A stretch of 64,000 nt of DNA. Source: Antedon mediterranea (taxonomy: Eukaryota; Animalia; Echinodermata). Below, in pieces: positions 26,701 through 38,400 of the stretch. A program made the translations under genes and the position numbers. The notes under the pieces were generated by a model. It made no database searches and was not told where the DNA came from. It saw only the letters and a list, made by a program, of their open reading frames with translations. The stretch's first letter is position 1. Each line of letters opens with the position of its first letter. The stretch lies in NCBI RefSeq assembly GCF_964355755.1, contig NC_092671.1:11594001-11658000 (forward strand), written 5' to 3'.

Positions 26701-29700
26701 CTTGATGTGAAATTTGTAACAAACACAACAAAAGAGAGCAAGAATCGTCTTCATGAGAGAATTCATCGTCTGGGGTTTAACATACAAAAGAATGAGATTT
26801 TTACTTCATTGACTGCTGCAAGAAATTTGGTTGATGAGCAGAAGTTAAGGCCTATGTTACTTCTGGAAGATGAAGCATTGGAAGACTTTGAGGGTAAAAT
26901 TGATTGAGTTATATCCTGTTTTGTTATTTCATATACATTTACAGAGAATGAACTATAATTTATAGGTAGGTATCATGAGTGTCAGGGAGTGGAGTAGAAA
27001 CAATGATGAGGTACAACCCTGGTTCTAGGTCAGGAATGAACCCTGGTCCTACTGTAAGTCAGGAATGAACCCTGGTCCTACTGTAGGTCAGGAATGAACC
27101 CTGGTCCTATTGTAGGTCAGGAATAAACCCTGGACTAGTACAGGAATGAACCCTGGTCCTACTGTAGGTCAAGAATGAACCCTGGACTAGTACAGGAATG
27201 AACCCTGGTCCTAGGGCAGGAATGAACCCTTGTCCTAGGTCATGAATGAACCCTGGACTAGTACAGGAATGAACCTCTGTCTACACTATTAAACTAGTTT
27301 GACAAAAAATGTGTGTTGTGCCCAAATATGGTAGTAATAAGATGTCATCGTCCATATCATACTTTTTTGTCAAACTAGTTCTGAGTTAACATTATTCAAA
27401 CTAACTCGGATTGATTGTATAATTAGTATTTTATGCTTTAATGATGATATTCCAAAACAATGTATCTAGGCACAATAGGAAATTGATTCTGTTATTGCAT
27501 TAGTCACAGTAAGATTCTTTTATTAATAGAGTAATAAGCAACAGTTTTCTCCTCCTCAAGTTTGTGATAAGATTTGGGAGTGTTGGCAAAAGCTCAGCCT
27601 CTAGTAATTTTTTACAGTAAATTAAAAATTTAGATACACAATAAACCTGTGTATTAATATTTTTGTGAGGTAGTGGGGAAGGGGAACCCTCAATTTGAAT
27701 GATATTAAATAAGTTAAGCGTATAACTATAATATATTTACAATTTGCACTGAAAATGATAAACATATTTAATCTATCTATGTACAGTTTTTTTGTATTTT
27801 GTAATTCATTATGATTGCACTCAATTTCCATGAATACTTCAGTTGTATTTTATCTTATCTTTTTTTGTTTTTTTTTTCAGGAATTTCACAAGAAAACCTA
27901 AATTCAGTTGTAGTTGGCTTAGCCCCTGGATGTTTCAATTATGAGAAGCTTAATGTTGCTTTTAGGTAAACAATGTGATTTTATTTTTATTACTACTGTA
28001 CTTATTTTTGGCAAATTTGTGTTGTTGTTTGTGTTTTTGAAATAAATCAATATTAAATTATTATGTTTTTCTTTAATTTCAGATTATTAATGCAAGGTCA
28101 CCCATTGATTGCTGTACATAAAGCCCGATATTACAAGAGACCAGATGGGCTAGCGCTAGGACCAGGAGGGTTTGTTAGTGGTCTAGAGTTTGCTACTGGT
28201 ACCACCGCAACAGTGGTTGGCAAGCCTCAAGAAGCTTTCTTTCTCAGTGCTCTTAAGACAGTCAATTGTAAGCCTTGCGAGGCAGTAATGATTGGAGATG
28301 TAAGTGTAGCTGTAGCTAGTGTTCTTCTCCCATATCAGCTATTTGATTTCAGATGACAAACAAATTTTAATGCATAAACATCTTAGGTAAAATAACATCT
28401 ATTAACATTCTTCACCTGAATGTATTTGATTAGTTGTGTCAGATGTGGTTGACTATTAGTTCTATTGCACAGCACAGTACTATTTAATGATTCTATTACA
28501 TGGTAGCTTTTTGTAAACATTTTTAGAATTGCCAATTGTAGAATTCCTACTCTTTAAAGTCGTGAAAATATTTTCCCCATTCAACACATAAACATTATTC
28601 AATCTGTATATATCATTCTTTGTGCCTTGTGGGCTAGTGAAAAAATGGAACCAGTTACCACATCCAGGCTAATTTAACGACATAGTCTAGAGATAACGTG
28701 GGCTATTAACCATCTCATTAGTCTTTTTGGTAATTTCTGATTAACATAATTTCTCTTTTAATGATGACTGGAATCTTTATTATGTCTTAAAAGGATCTAA
28801 CTGATGATGTTGAAGGAGCAAATAAGATTGGAATGAAAAGCATTCTCGTAAAAACTGGTAAGTTTCTACTTATGAATGAATTATTCAACAGAGCTCTGTC
28901 TTCTTTATTTTATAGAGCCTAGCTTGGATATATTTGACATGACACTTTGACGTAGGCTAAAACCACAATATATTTGTATCATTCACACTTCTTATTCTTC
29001 GGTATTAACAATAGCAATGTAGTTTAACCATGAAGGAATTTGTTCCGTGGTTTAACCAAATAACATGATATCATTATGCATTGTTTTTACATCAATATGC
29101 ATTAGTTTCTTGTTTTATGAGAAAAATAGCTCAAAATATTCTGAAAGTTATTAAATTCAGATACTAAGACTTTCATTAGACATGAAGTAGACATCAAATG
29201 CAATCATGTTTTCTCATTAAAATTGTCTAAAAATACTTCTATTATGAATATTATGTACTACCTCGATGGAAAACTTGTTATGCAAGAATATTTTTTTGTT
29301 CTTGCCGATTTTTAAGATTAAACAAATTTTCATGTGATGAGACATTTAAATAATCATCATGGCTTAACACAAACAAACTATACCACTGATTTTATAAAGA
29401 AACATTTTTTATATTTATATGCAAACAATTTTGACTTTCTTTATTTTCCTTATATTATTTTTAAGAGTATATGCAGAAATATATATCAAAATTATAGATC
29501 AGAAAAAAACTATAAACAAATATTATACAGTCAACTCTCCCAAGCACATTTCAAAAACCTTGTAATATGAATTATAACTATTTATTTGTTTTTAGGTAAG
29601 TATAGAGAAGGTGACGATAAGAAAGTTGACCCTTTTCACAGTGCTGTATGTAGTGATATCAAATCAGCAGTAGATTTGCTATTAAATGAATGGATGCATT

Positions 29701-29702
29701 AG
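23747..29702 (+). CDS. HDHD2: Haloacid dehalogenase-like hydrolase domain-containing protein 2, 6 coding exons
   Basis: Exons 23747-23859, 26685-26893, 27881-27965, 28083-28299, 28794-28857 and 29596-29702. Motifs [65 protein letters not shown] and ILVKTGKYR closely match HDHD2. Confidence 0.95.
25550..26625 (+). mobile_element. 5'-truncated, frameshifted non-LTR retrotransposon (ORF2 C-terminus + 3' UTR) in HDHD2 intron 1
   Basis: Overlapping ORFs 25441-25956 and 25956-26366 encode RWPK...W...KSSLHIY...[12 protein letters not shown]...CKLC...[17 protein letters not shown], a LINE RT C-terminal zinc-finger-like motif. Ends in a (TAAA)n tail at ~26602-26625. Confidence 0.8.
27030..27275. repeat. 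Minisatellite, ~10 variable 22-29-bp units
   Basis: Core CAGGAATGAACCCTGG repeated with variable spacers. Confidence 0.9.
27275..27380. mobile_element. Partial copy of the AGCTCTGTCTACAC MITE family
   Basis: CTCTGTCTACACTATTAAACTAGTTTGACAAAAAA...CCCAAATATGGTAGT, same core as the copies at 33750, 48489 and 50203. Confidence 0.7.
29029..29049. mobile_element. P/Galileo-type transposon footprint
   Basis: CATGAAGGAATTTGTTCCGTG (CA...TG ends) flanked by an exact 7-bp repeat GTTTAAC (29022-29028, 29050-29056). Confidence 0.55.
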
Positions 29703-30365
29703 ATAATTGAGGTAAATGAAAAACATTGATAAAACATTCAACAAAATTACCATGATTTTCCAGACCTCCTTACTAAACCAGAGGGAGCAATTTAAATCTC
29801 ATTTATTTTTTATTTAACTACATCCTCGGCAAATCAAAAGGCCTTGTAATTTCTTTTCAATGAGCTCCAAAGGGCTTCAATAAAATGTTTTTCCTTTTAT
29901 TTTACAACAACCACAACGTTTCTTTTACGTCTTTTACTGCTCAATTTTGAAATAGCAGAGTACTGTAGCAAATATTTGCTTATTTTAAAAAGATCATCAG
30001 AACGTTTATAGAATTCTTTAAAAACAGGAAAAGATTAGATCAAAAGCTAAATGGAAGCCTAGTGATTACTGGCTAAAATTAAGAAAATGCGTCAAAAGAC
30101 TCCTTCTAGAATAATTAAATTATGCCATGTTTCCGAACAAAGTCAATCTAAGCATGTAATGTGATTATAAATATTAAACACAGAGACTTTTCTTTTAATA
30201 TTGTTTTCTGCAATGTCCACACATGATGGAACAAAGATATTGTCAGAATTCAGTAGACCGTATTGCTTTGAATAAAACCCTTATATATCACAACTTTTGA
30301 AGCGGGTTGCTATTTTTCTGGTTCGATGATAATTGGATTCCATTTGTAAACCTGTAAAAGCTTAA

Positions 30366-30697
30366 AGATGTATTGTCGCCCTGAAAAAATAATTATTGAA
30401 CAACTTTTTGTTGATTATGCCATTTTAATAGTTAATTATAATAGTAATATATAGTATATATAGTAAAATTATTTACCTGAAAAAATTTAAAGCAAAAAAT
30501 AGTCAAATTGGCTGCCAGCCAATGGATTTTTGGTTGAATTTAACCATTTTTTTTGGTCATTTTATAGTGAAAACATTTTTTTCTTTGTATTTTTTTTTCT
30601 ACAGAAGTGATTAACTTTGTTAAATCTACAAAATAACCTATTCCAAGTCTAATTTAATTAATCTTCATTTTTGATGTTTTTTGGGGACAATACATCT
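30366..30697. mobile_element. Kolobok-like MITE
   Basis: TIRs AGATGTATTGTCGCC / GGGGACAATACATCT with TTAA on both flanks. Confidence 0.8.
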
Positions 30698-30845
30698 TTA
30701 ATTCTACATACCAACTTAATAGTAATATATTTTTTTATTTATTGTGGATGAGCAAATCTAATTATTAATATTAAATAGTTAGCAATCAATTCAAGATCGA
30801 AGTCTTCCTTAACTTTAGACATAAATCATTTTGAAGATTTAAATA

Positions 30846-31381
30846 CAGTAGAACCTCTGTTAAGGAGACACCTTGGAACCTAAGTCTGTGAGCATTTAGT
30901 GTATGTTCAGATCCATGGAGTTATTCTTCCGTATTGCAAGCATTGTCATATTATAATTAGGTTCATAACAGCAAAGTGTTCAGACTCGCTTGACTAACGC
31001 TCATTTCGTTAGAAACTGAAATGTCACCGATTTGGGCGAACATCTGGTATGTAAATTTGGAGGTCAAAAATGTTGATGTGTGATCTTCATGTCGTTCACT
31101 AATTTTGTACATTAGACTGTTTGTAATGAACAAAAGATCAGTGTCATAATCTTTTTCTGGTTCAGACCTATGGAGTTGTATGCCATGTACGATACGACGG
31201 AAGCATAACCCTGTATGTCTGGACAGACCCTTAATAGGTGTATCCAATTAATAGGGGTGTCACCTGAATCAGGGTTTACCATAGTGTAAAACATTTCCTC
31301 TCATCATTTCACAATGAAAAGCTGCACTCAATAGTGGAGTTGTCCACTGAATTGTGGTTTCCCAATAGAAGGGTTCTACTG
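30846..31381. mobile_element. Degenerate Tc1/mariner (pogo-like) MITE
   Basis: TA-CAGTAGAACC at left and GGTTCTACTG at right; right TA TSD not preserved. Confidence 0.5.
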
Positions 31382-32449
31382 AATATGAAACAAGATCATT
31401 ACAAATTTAAAACTACCTCACAAACAAAACGTTACATGAACTATTTTTATTTCTAAAACATGAATATCACAGTGTTACTGATAATATCATATTTGATGTC
31501 ATTGTCATCGTTTGAAGCTAAAACAGGCGTTTGATTTTACACAAATTGGAACACATCGCTATGGTAATAATTTATTGTTAATAATTCTGAAGGAAATTTA
31601 ATGAAAGTGGTGACTTTGACAAGGACAGGACAGACACACACCGCTAGATTATTACCTTTGAATTTCCTGTTTAAGATTTTGGCAATTATTGCTTTTGACG
31701 TACTCAAATTCATGCAACCTTAAAGTAGAAAATTAATTTATTTAACACAACCGGATTTACAGTCAAGTTTGTTATGTTTTTTCCCATGACTTTTTTTAAC
31801 CTTTTAATTTTAACCTGTGCCAATTTTCTCTTTATTCTATTTTCCATCTTTTCCCCTTAGTTGCCATTATACACAATTTGATTTGTTCTATTTGTATTTT
31901 AACAGTACTAGGCCCTAGACAAAAATTGAATTCGTTATGTTAAAGAATTATGAGTGATTTTAAACATAATAAAAATAGAATATTTGTTATACAATATGCC
32001 TACAACATTTCAACATTATCCCTTTATCATCAGAGGAAATGATGATAAAGTAAAACACATTTCTCTATGCTAAATGTTTAACTTATACTCTCAAATTACA
32101 TATACAAGGAAATCGTAAATAACATTGATGGAACCTGCCCAACATGTATCATCAAAATGTCGAAATTGGTATTGAGAACAGCTTTAGGGGTAATCTTAAT
32201 GTACTATTAAGGGGTGGATATCAAATAACACAGTTTCCAATATACGTTGTATGTCATAATTGAAGTTTCCTATATTTAAATTTCAATTTTTTTTTGTATC
32301 ATACATGCTAATATCCAAAGATAAAGTGCTGAAATTGGAACCTAGATATGTTCTCTGATATCATTGCATTTATGTACATCATCTTGTCTCATCCCTGGCA
32401 TATCGATTACAAAATTGTCTTCAGATGATAAACTTGACAATAATTTTAT

Positions 32450-35400
32450 TTATTTGATATATTCTTCATCACTTGAATCTCTGTTAATAAAACAATATTC
32501 AGTCAATTCAAAAATTAAAATAATGATTTTAAAATGGTAATACAGTACCACTGAATTTTGTGAGATGGAAAATAACGAATAACATTAACAGAGAATAAAT
32601 AAATATATTCAAGAAACATGGTATTGAAAGTGAACTGTCTGACTGAAACTAGATCGAAAGTGAGATATTATGAGCTACAGCTATTTATATAATAGATGAT
32701 AATATATAAAATAATAAATACTGGTAGGCCTAGTATAATTATAGGTCATATGAAACCAATCCTGTTGTAAAAAAATAATAAAAAATTGATAGTACTATAA
32801 TCTAGGAAATTGTCCAAAAGTTATAGTACCTTTCCTCGCTTAGTTCGTCAAGTCCAACTATATCGATTGGTCTGTAACACAGCAAACACATGTTGTTCAA
32901 ATCCGCCATACATTCTAAACAATAACAACCTGCAATCGAAAGATAACAAATTGGGATAATAGATTTATTCTATTTATTTAAAAGAATTGTTTTCAGTTTG
33001 CTAAAAATAAACCTCTACAATTAAAAGCCACACTCTGTTTAGGTAGATTGATTTCAACGTTTATGTCTTGTAAAAAACACATATCATTGCAAATGTTTCC
33101 CTTTCCACAAAAAAAAAAACAAACATACAAACTAGAATAGGGCCTGCATAAGATGCAATATTTTAGTCTATCATACTTGTTAGCCTACTTATAAATGCAT
33201 CGACACGCATATATTTATATATGTATATATTTCATACACATCCGTCAATTACTAAACTCGTAGTGTACGTTGACACTGATTTTAGCACAAGTCAAGTAGC
33301 CTAGATTGTGCACACATAGGAACATGCACATTTTAATTTTAATAGTAAATTAACAGGATTAATGGTAACACGAAAAATCCATAATAATTTACGCTCGCAA
33401 TTTCTGTGAACGACAAAATAACATCACGATTACACCACACGGAAAATATGGCAAGCGAGTTTCTAAATGAATAAATGCGATACTTGTTTAGGTACACTTT
33501 ATATACATCCTAACAAAATCTGTAAAATATATAACGTAACCTACTTTTGCAATTTGGATTGTCGCAGTGTCTAAAGTTTTTCTTATCTTTCTTTTTCCCT
33601 GGTTTCGCACAACCCACGCAGTATTTCTTGGACTTCAGCCCCATAAACTTAAATATTTTTCTCCAGAATTTCGATCTATAAAAGTAAAATAAGTATCAAA
33701 TGCTTAGATAAAATATAATGACTATTGATCGAAAATATTATTGATCTAAAGCTCTGTCTACACTAGTTTGACAAAAAAGTGTGATGTGCCTAAATAAGGT
33801 AGTGGTATGCCCAACTATGGTAGTGATATGACATCATCATGTCCATGGGCACATCACGTCACATAAAGTTTGATAGTGTCGACAGAGCTTAAAGTTACGT
33901 TTGCGGTACACCATGTATTTACAAAAAGAATAATTATGGGTGAGAATGTTTCGGCTGTATGCTTCAACTTTGGAATCTTCCTACCTTGCCGCTATTCTAT
34001 CCACAATGCTAATTTTCTCTATATCTGCTGTCGGGTCAAACTTGGCTTTCATCTGTTTTCGTAAATACTTTAGAAAACCTCCACGTTTTTTCAAGATGCT
34101 GTTATAAAGCCATACGACCCGTTGTCGTTCTCTTTGAGGATAGTACCATGACGTCACCACTCGTCGAAGACGTAACCCATAGGCTTCAGTCACAACCATG
34201 ATTAGAGTACATGCAAAAACTATAACTGTTAAAAAATATAATTTAGATATAACATGACTATGCTTACTAAACCAAACCCGTCATACTTTTGTCCAAAAGG
34301 TTAAATTCACACCAATGTTTTGGTATGGCTAATTAACTGAACACCACAACCCCCTCCTCCCCTTTTGACCACCGAAATTCCTTTTCGGATTTTGTGTGCA
34401 TGCAGATTAGTATTAATTTCAGTTTCTCCGGTCAGTTATTGTAGATTTAATTTGTATTTATTCTACTTTATTGCAAATGGGTAGCTCTAAAAGCTGACTC
34501 GAAGATGCCCTCTACATTTTGATTATACCCTTTTTAGTGTAACAGGGGCTCATGGATTTTTTTATATTTTATTTTATTTTTGTTCTGTCAAAAATAGAAA
34601 TCAAAAATGTATAGTTCATTTCATCTGTCCAAAGCGAGGAGCACTCGCCCAAGTGAACACGTACCTATCGTTTCATAGGAGCCATAATTCGGTGGTACCG
34701 GCTCTGGAAGACACTTTGTCACGTCAAGTGTTACATTTTCTTCGTTAAGTGCTTCAAAGGAATCTATCAGACGTCGGTAAATGTTTGCAATTAAACCATC
34801 TCCCTCCACGCGTACTTTAAACGGTGCCGGTGCTTTAAATAGAAAACAAAATGCGTAAAAAAAGCTACTCTTTTATTAAAATCGAAGTGGAGATGAGTGT
34901 TCAGAGAACATTTCTAATAGCTTTTCACTGGACTGGAGATATGTCTGTTAAGAAAACATAGTTCATCTAGAAAAGAGTGAATTTCACTCTTGGTTTATTT
35001 TCCAAGTGGAAATTAGTGTTTGAGAACACATTTATTTTAGTTTATCAAGAGTGAATTTCACTCTTCCTTGGTTTATTTTCCCAAGTGGAAATTAGTGTTT
35101 GAAAACACATTTGTTTTAGTTTATCCAGAGAGGAGTGAATTTCGCTCTTCATTTCCAAGTGGAAATTGGTGTTTGAGAACACATTGTTTTAGCTTATTCA
35201 GAAAAGAGTGAATTTCTCTCTTCCTTGTTCTATCTTTCAAGTGTTTATCATTTGTTAGTTTAAACACGAGTAATTCACTCTTCTGCATTTTATCTTACCG
35301 TCTAGTTGTATTTTGATACTGGCATGTTTTCGTATGACTGTGAGAAACCAAAAAATAAAAGAATCGGTGCCAATTATCATTCCAGTGTAAAGTGCGTGAG

Positions 35401-38400
35401 TACACCATATGACCAGACCTATCGACAGTTTTCTTTTTTCCGGTTTAGCCATTCGAAACGAAGCTGAAAAACAAATGATTTTTTAATGTTTTCTCCTAAA
35501 TCTCACTTATTATCAACTGTGTTATTCATTCTACCCAATTTGTACAAAGTAATACAAATGTTGCTTACTTGGCTGAACGTAATTAAAACTCTCCTTCCAC
35601 TTAAGTGGAAATATTGTCTCCTTGAAAAGTGCTTTCCGACGCTCTTCGATCTTGAAAAAGTCCGGTGTGATATACCAATTGTCGAATTTGTCCTTTGTCA
35701 AATATTTCTTCCGATACATAGCAGCCCTGCAAAAATTAAAACATTCATTTATTTAAGTAATAATCATCACCACCATGATGATAAGTAACTGGTGCTGACC
35801 GGTGTTCAATTAGACCGATCCCTGGTTAGCGACGAAGGCGTATCCCCTTACTTCGCTTTGGGGTGTTTTTTTTTTTTGGCATGGTTGGAATCCCTTTTAT
35901 CGTATTAGTTTTTGTACAGCGCTTAGAGGTTTCACAACATTAGGCGCTATTTAAATCCAGGATATTATTATTTTTATTATTAACTTTATGGGAGTTAGTT
36001 GATCAGATGTTTGCTCTTCTCTGACGTAATTGTATCACGTAGTTAATACTGACATACTCATGCATACCAAAACCAGGTTTGTGATAAAAAGCGTGGTTTC
36101 CACTAGCGACGCAACGCAAGGACGTAACGCAACGCAAGTGAATTGACCAATCACAAGCGATGACTTATTCGCTTGTGATTGCTAAAGCGTGGTTCCCACT
36201 AGCGACGCAACACAAGGACGTAACGCAACGCAAGTGAATTGACCAATCACAAGCGATGGCTTATTCGCTTGCGATTGCTAACTGTCTATAACTTCGCTTG
36301 TCATTGGTTAACACGCTTGCGTTGCGTTTACGTCCTTGCGTTACGTTCTAGTGGGAACCAAGCTTAACTGTCTATAACTTCGCTTGTCATTGGTTAAAAC
36401 GCTTGCGTTGCGTTTACGCCCTTGCGTTACGTTCTAGTGGGAATTAAGCTTAAACGTGGTTCCCACTAGCGACGCAACGCAAGGACGTAACGCAACGCAA
36501 GTGAATTGACCAATCACAAGCGATGGCTTATTCGCTTGTGATTGCTAACTGTCTATAACTTCGTTTGTCATTGGTTAAAACGCTTACGTTGCGTTTACGT
36601 CCTTGCGTTACGTTCTAGTGGGAACCAAGCTTTAGGGGGAACCACGCTTAAGACCCGTTCGGACAATTTAAGTATTAACATCTGATCAAATAAACCAACA
36701 CCATCTCAGTTGATGTCTAATTTTGTGATATTGGTGATTTTTGTTGTTTTTATGTGTTTGTTAAATAATAAACTTACTTTACAAAGAGCCATATGAAAGT
36801 AAGCGTGAGTAACTGGTTAATGATGCGGAGAACGAATCGAAACTGTTTAGTACGACTTTTGATTTCATCAATCATCCCACCTGTAATGTTCCCCACTGAA
36901 CGGGATAATGTGTTGTCCATTGTAAAACTGTGCTTTAATTTGATTTCAACATAAAATTCGTCTTTTATCTCATTAACCATGCCTGTAGTCTCTAAAAGAA
37001 TAAAGTTTATACTAGTTGTTTTTTTTTTGATGATTTTTCTAATAAAAGTATTTAGGATTCAACTAAAAGATAAACACTCAATATCAAATCACTTACTTGT
37101 TGATGCGTAGCTCATTACTTTACCGGGAATATAACAAAGTAATTTACCAACTGTAATTTAAACAGAATATGTCGTGGTTAACAATTATAGCTTTAATCAA
37201 TTATTTCTTTTCTTTTTTAATACAGTAGGCCTATTAAAAAAAAATTCGAATATAGCAAGGTTGGGGCACAACTCATCCAATTACAGAGCTTGGTCCATTT
37301 AATTAAAACTGCATACCTCTAAGTAAGTTGCATATGGGCTTAGCAATATTCACTATTTTACACATAAATTTCAGACGAAACTTCTTTTCGCAATTTTTCT
37401 TTCCTTTGTATATTGCATTTAAGCACGCCCTCTCAGGTTTTCCGAACTTGTCGTTACATCGTGTAACAATATCCTTTAACCATTTATGAACATCGTTCAT
37501 TATACCACCTGTAAAAAAAATATGTCGGCTTTCAAATGAGGATTGAGGTGAAAATGTAAAATGGAAGGTATTTACATTCTTCGTTTATGAAAACAATTGC
37601 AACCATCATATTTAGGCCTACAAGTGTAATCAATTACAATAATTTAAAGTTGTTAATCTAGAAATACTATTAATCAACATGTTACCTATAGAAGAAAGTG
37701 CTTTATTCAAAGCACGAAAGGATTCCGCAATTTTGTCTGTAACTTTCTTCACATCGTCTACCGTTTGCGTCAAACGATCGAAGATAACTAAAAGTAATTT
37801 TAAATAAAGTTATATGTTTATGCGGTTTGTGTCTGTAATTACATTAAGTCACAAAATTCAATAATACTGCTGATCAGTATTGATTCATCGGCTTACGTCA
37901 AAGTTGGGAAAAACCTACTTAACTTTCGAAACAATGAATGCGCATATAGTTAATGAGATTTTATTTAGTTTTTTATTTAATACTGTTAGTCAACAATTTA
38001 TACACATGGGCCTATATGGACCAAAGTTGTGAAAAGAATTCACATGTACTGGCGGTAATAAACTGAATATTTTTGAAAGAAAAAATAAACGTATAGGCCT
38101 AAATAAACAACATGTTGAAAAACACTATTTATGCTTGTGAACAACACTAAAATGTATATAGTAAAATATCGTTTCTTGCTAACTTTATTTAATTTATGTT
38201 GTGTTTTATTGTTTTATGTTTTTATGTAAAAGGGTCCTCCGAAAACAGAATTGTAAACATTTTTATGCAGGACCCTTGTCATCAATTATAATATACTGAA
38301 ATTGTAATTATAAACGATGAATAAATAAATGTAAATTGAACTGAACTGTTAATTGTTTGAAGTTTTGAAATAGGAAAAGACCGAGAAGCCAAACCTGCAA

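Noticed and set aside
27030-27275. Repeat array resembling a CRISPR locus (also 46153-46740)
   Set aside because: No unique spacers, no cas genes, eukaryotic intronic context; these are minisatellites.
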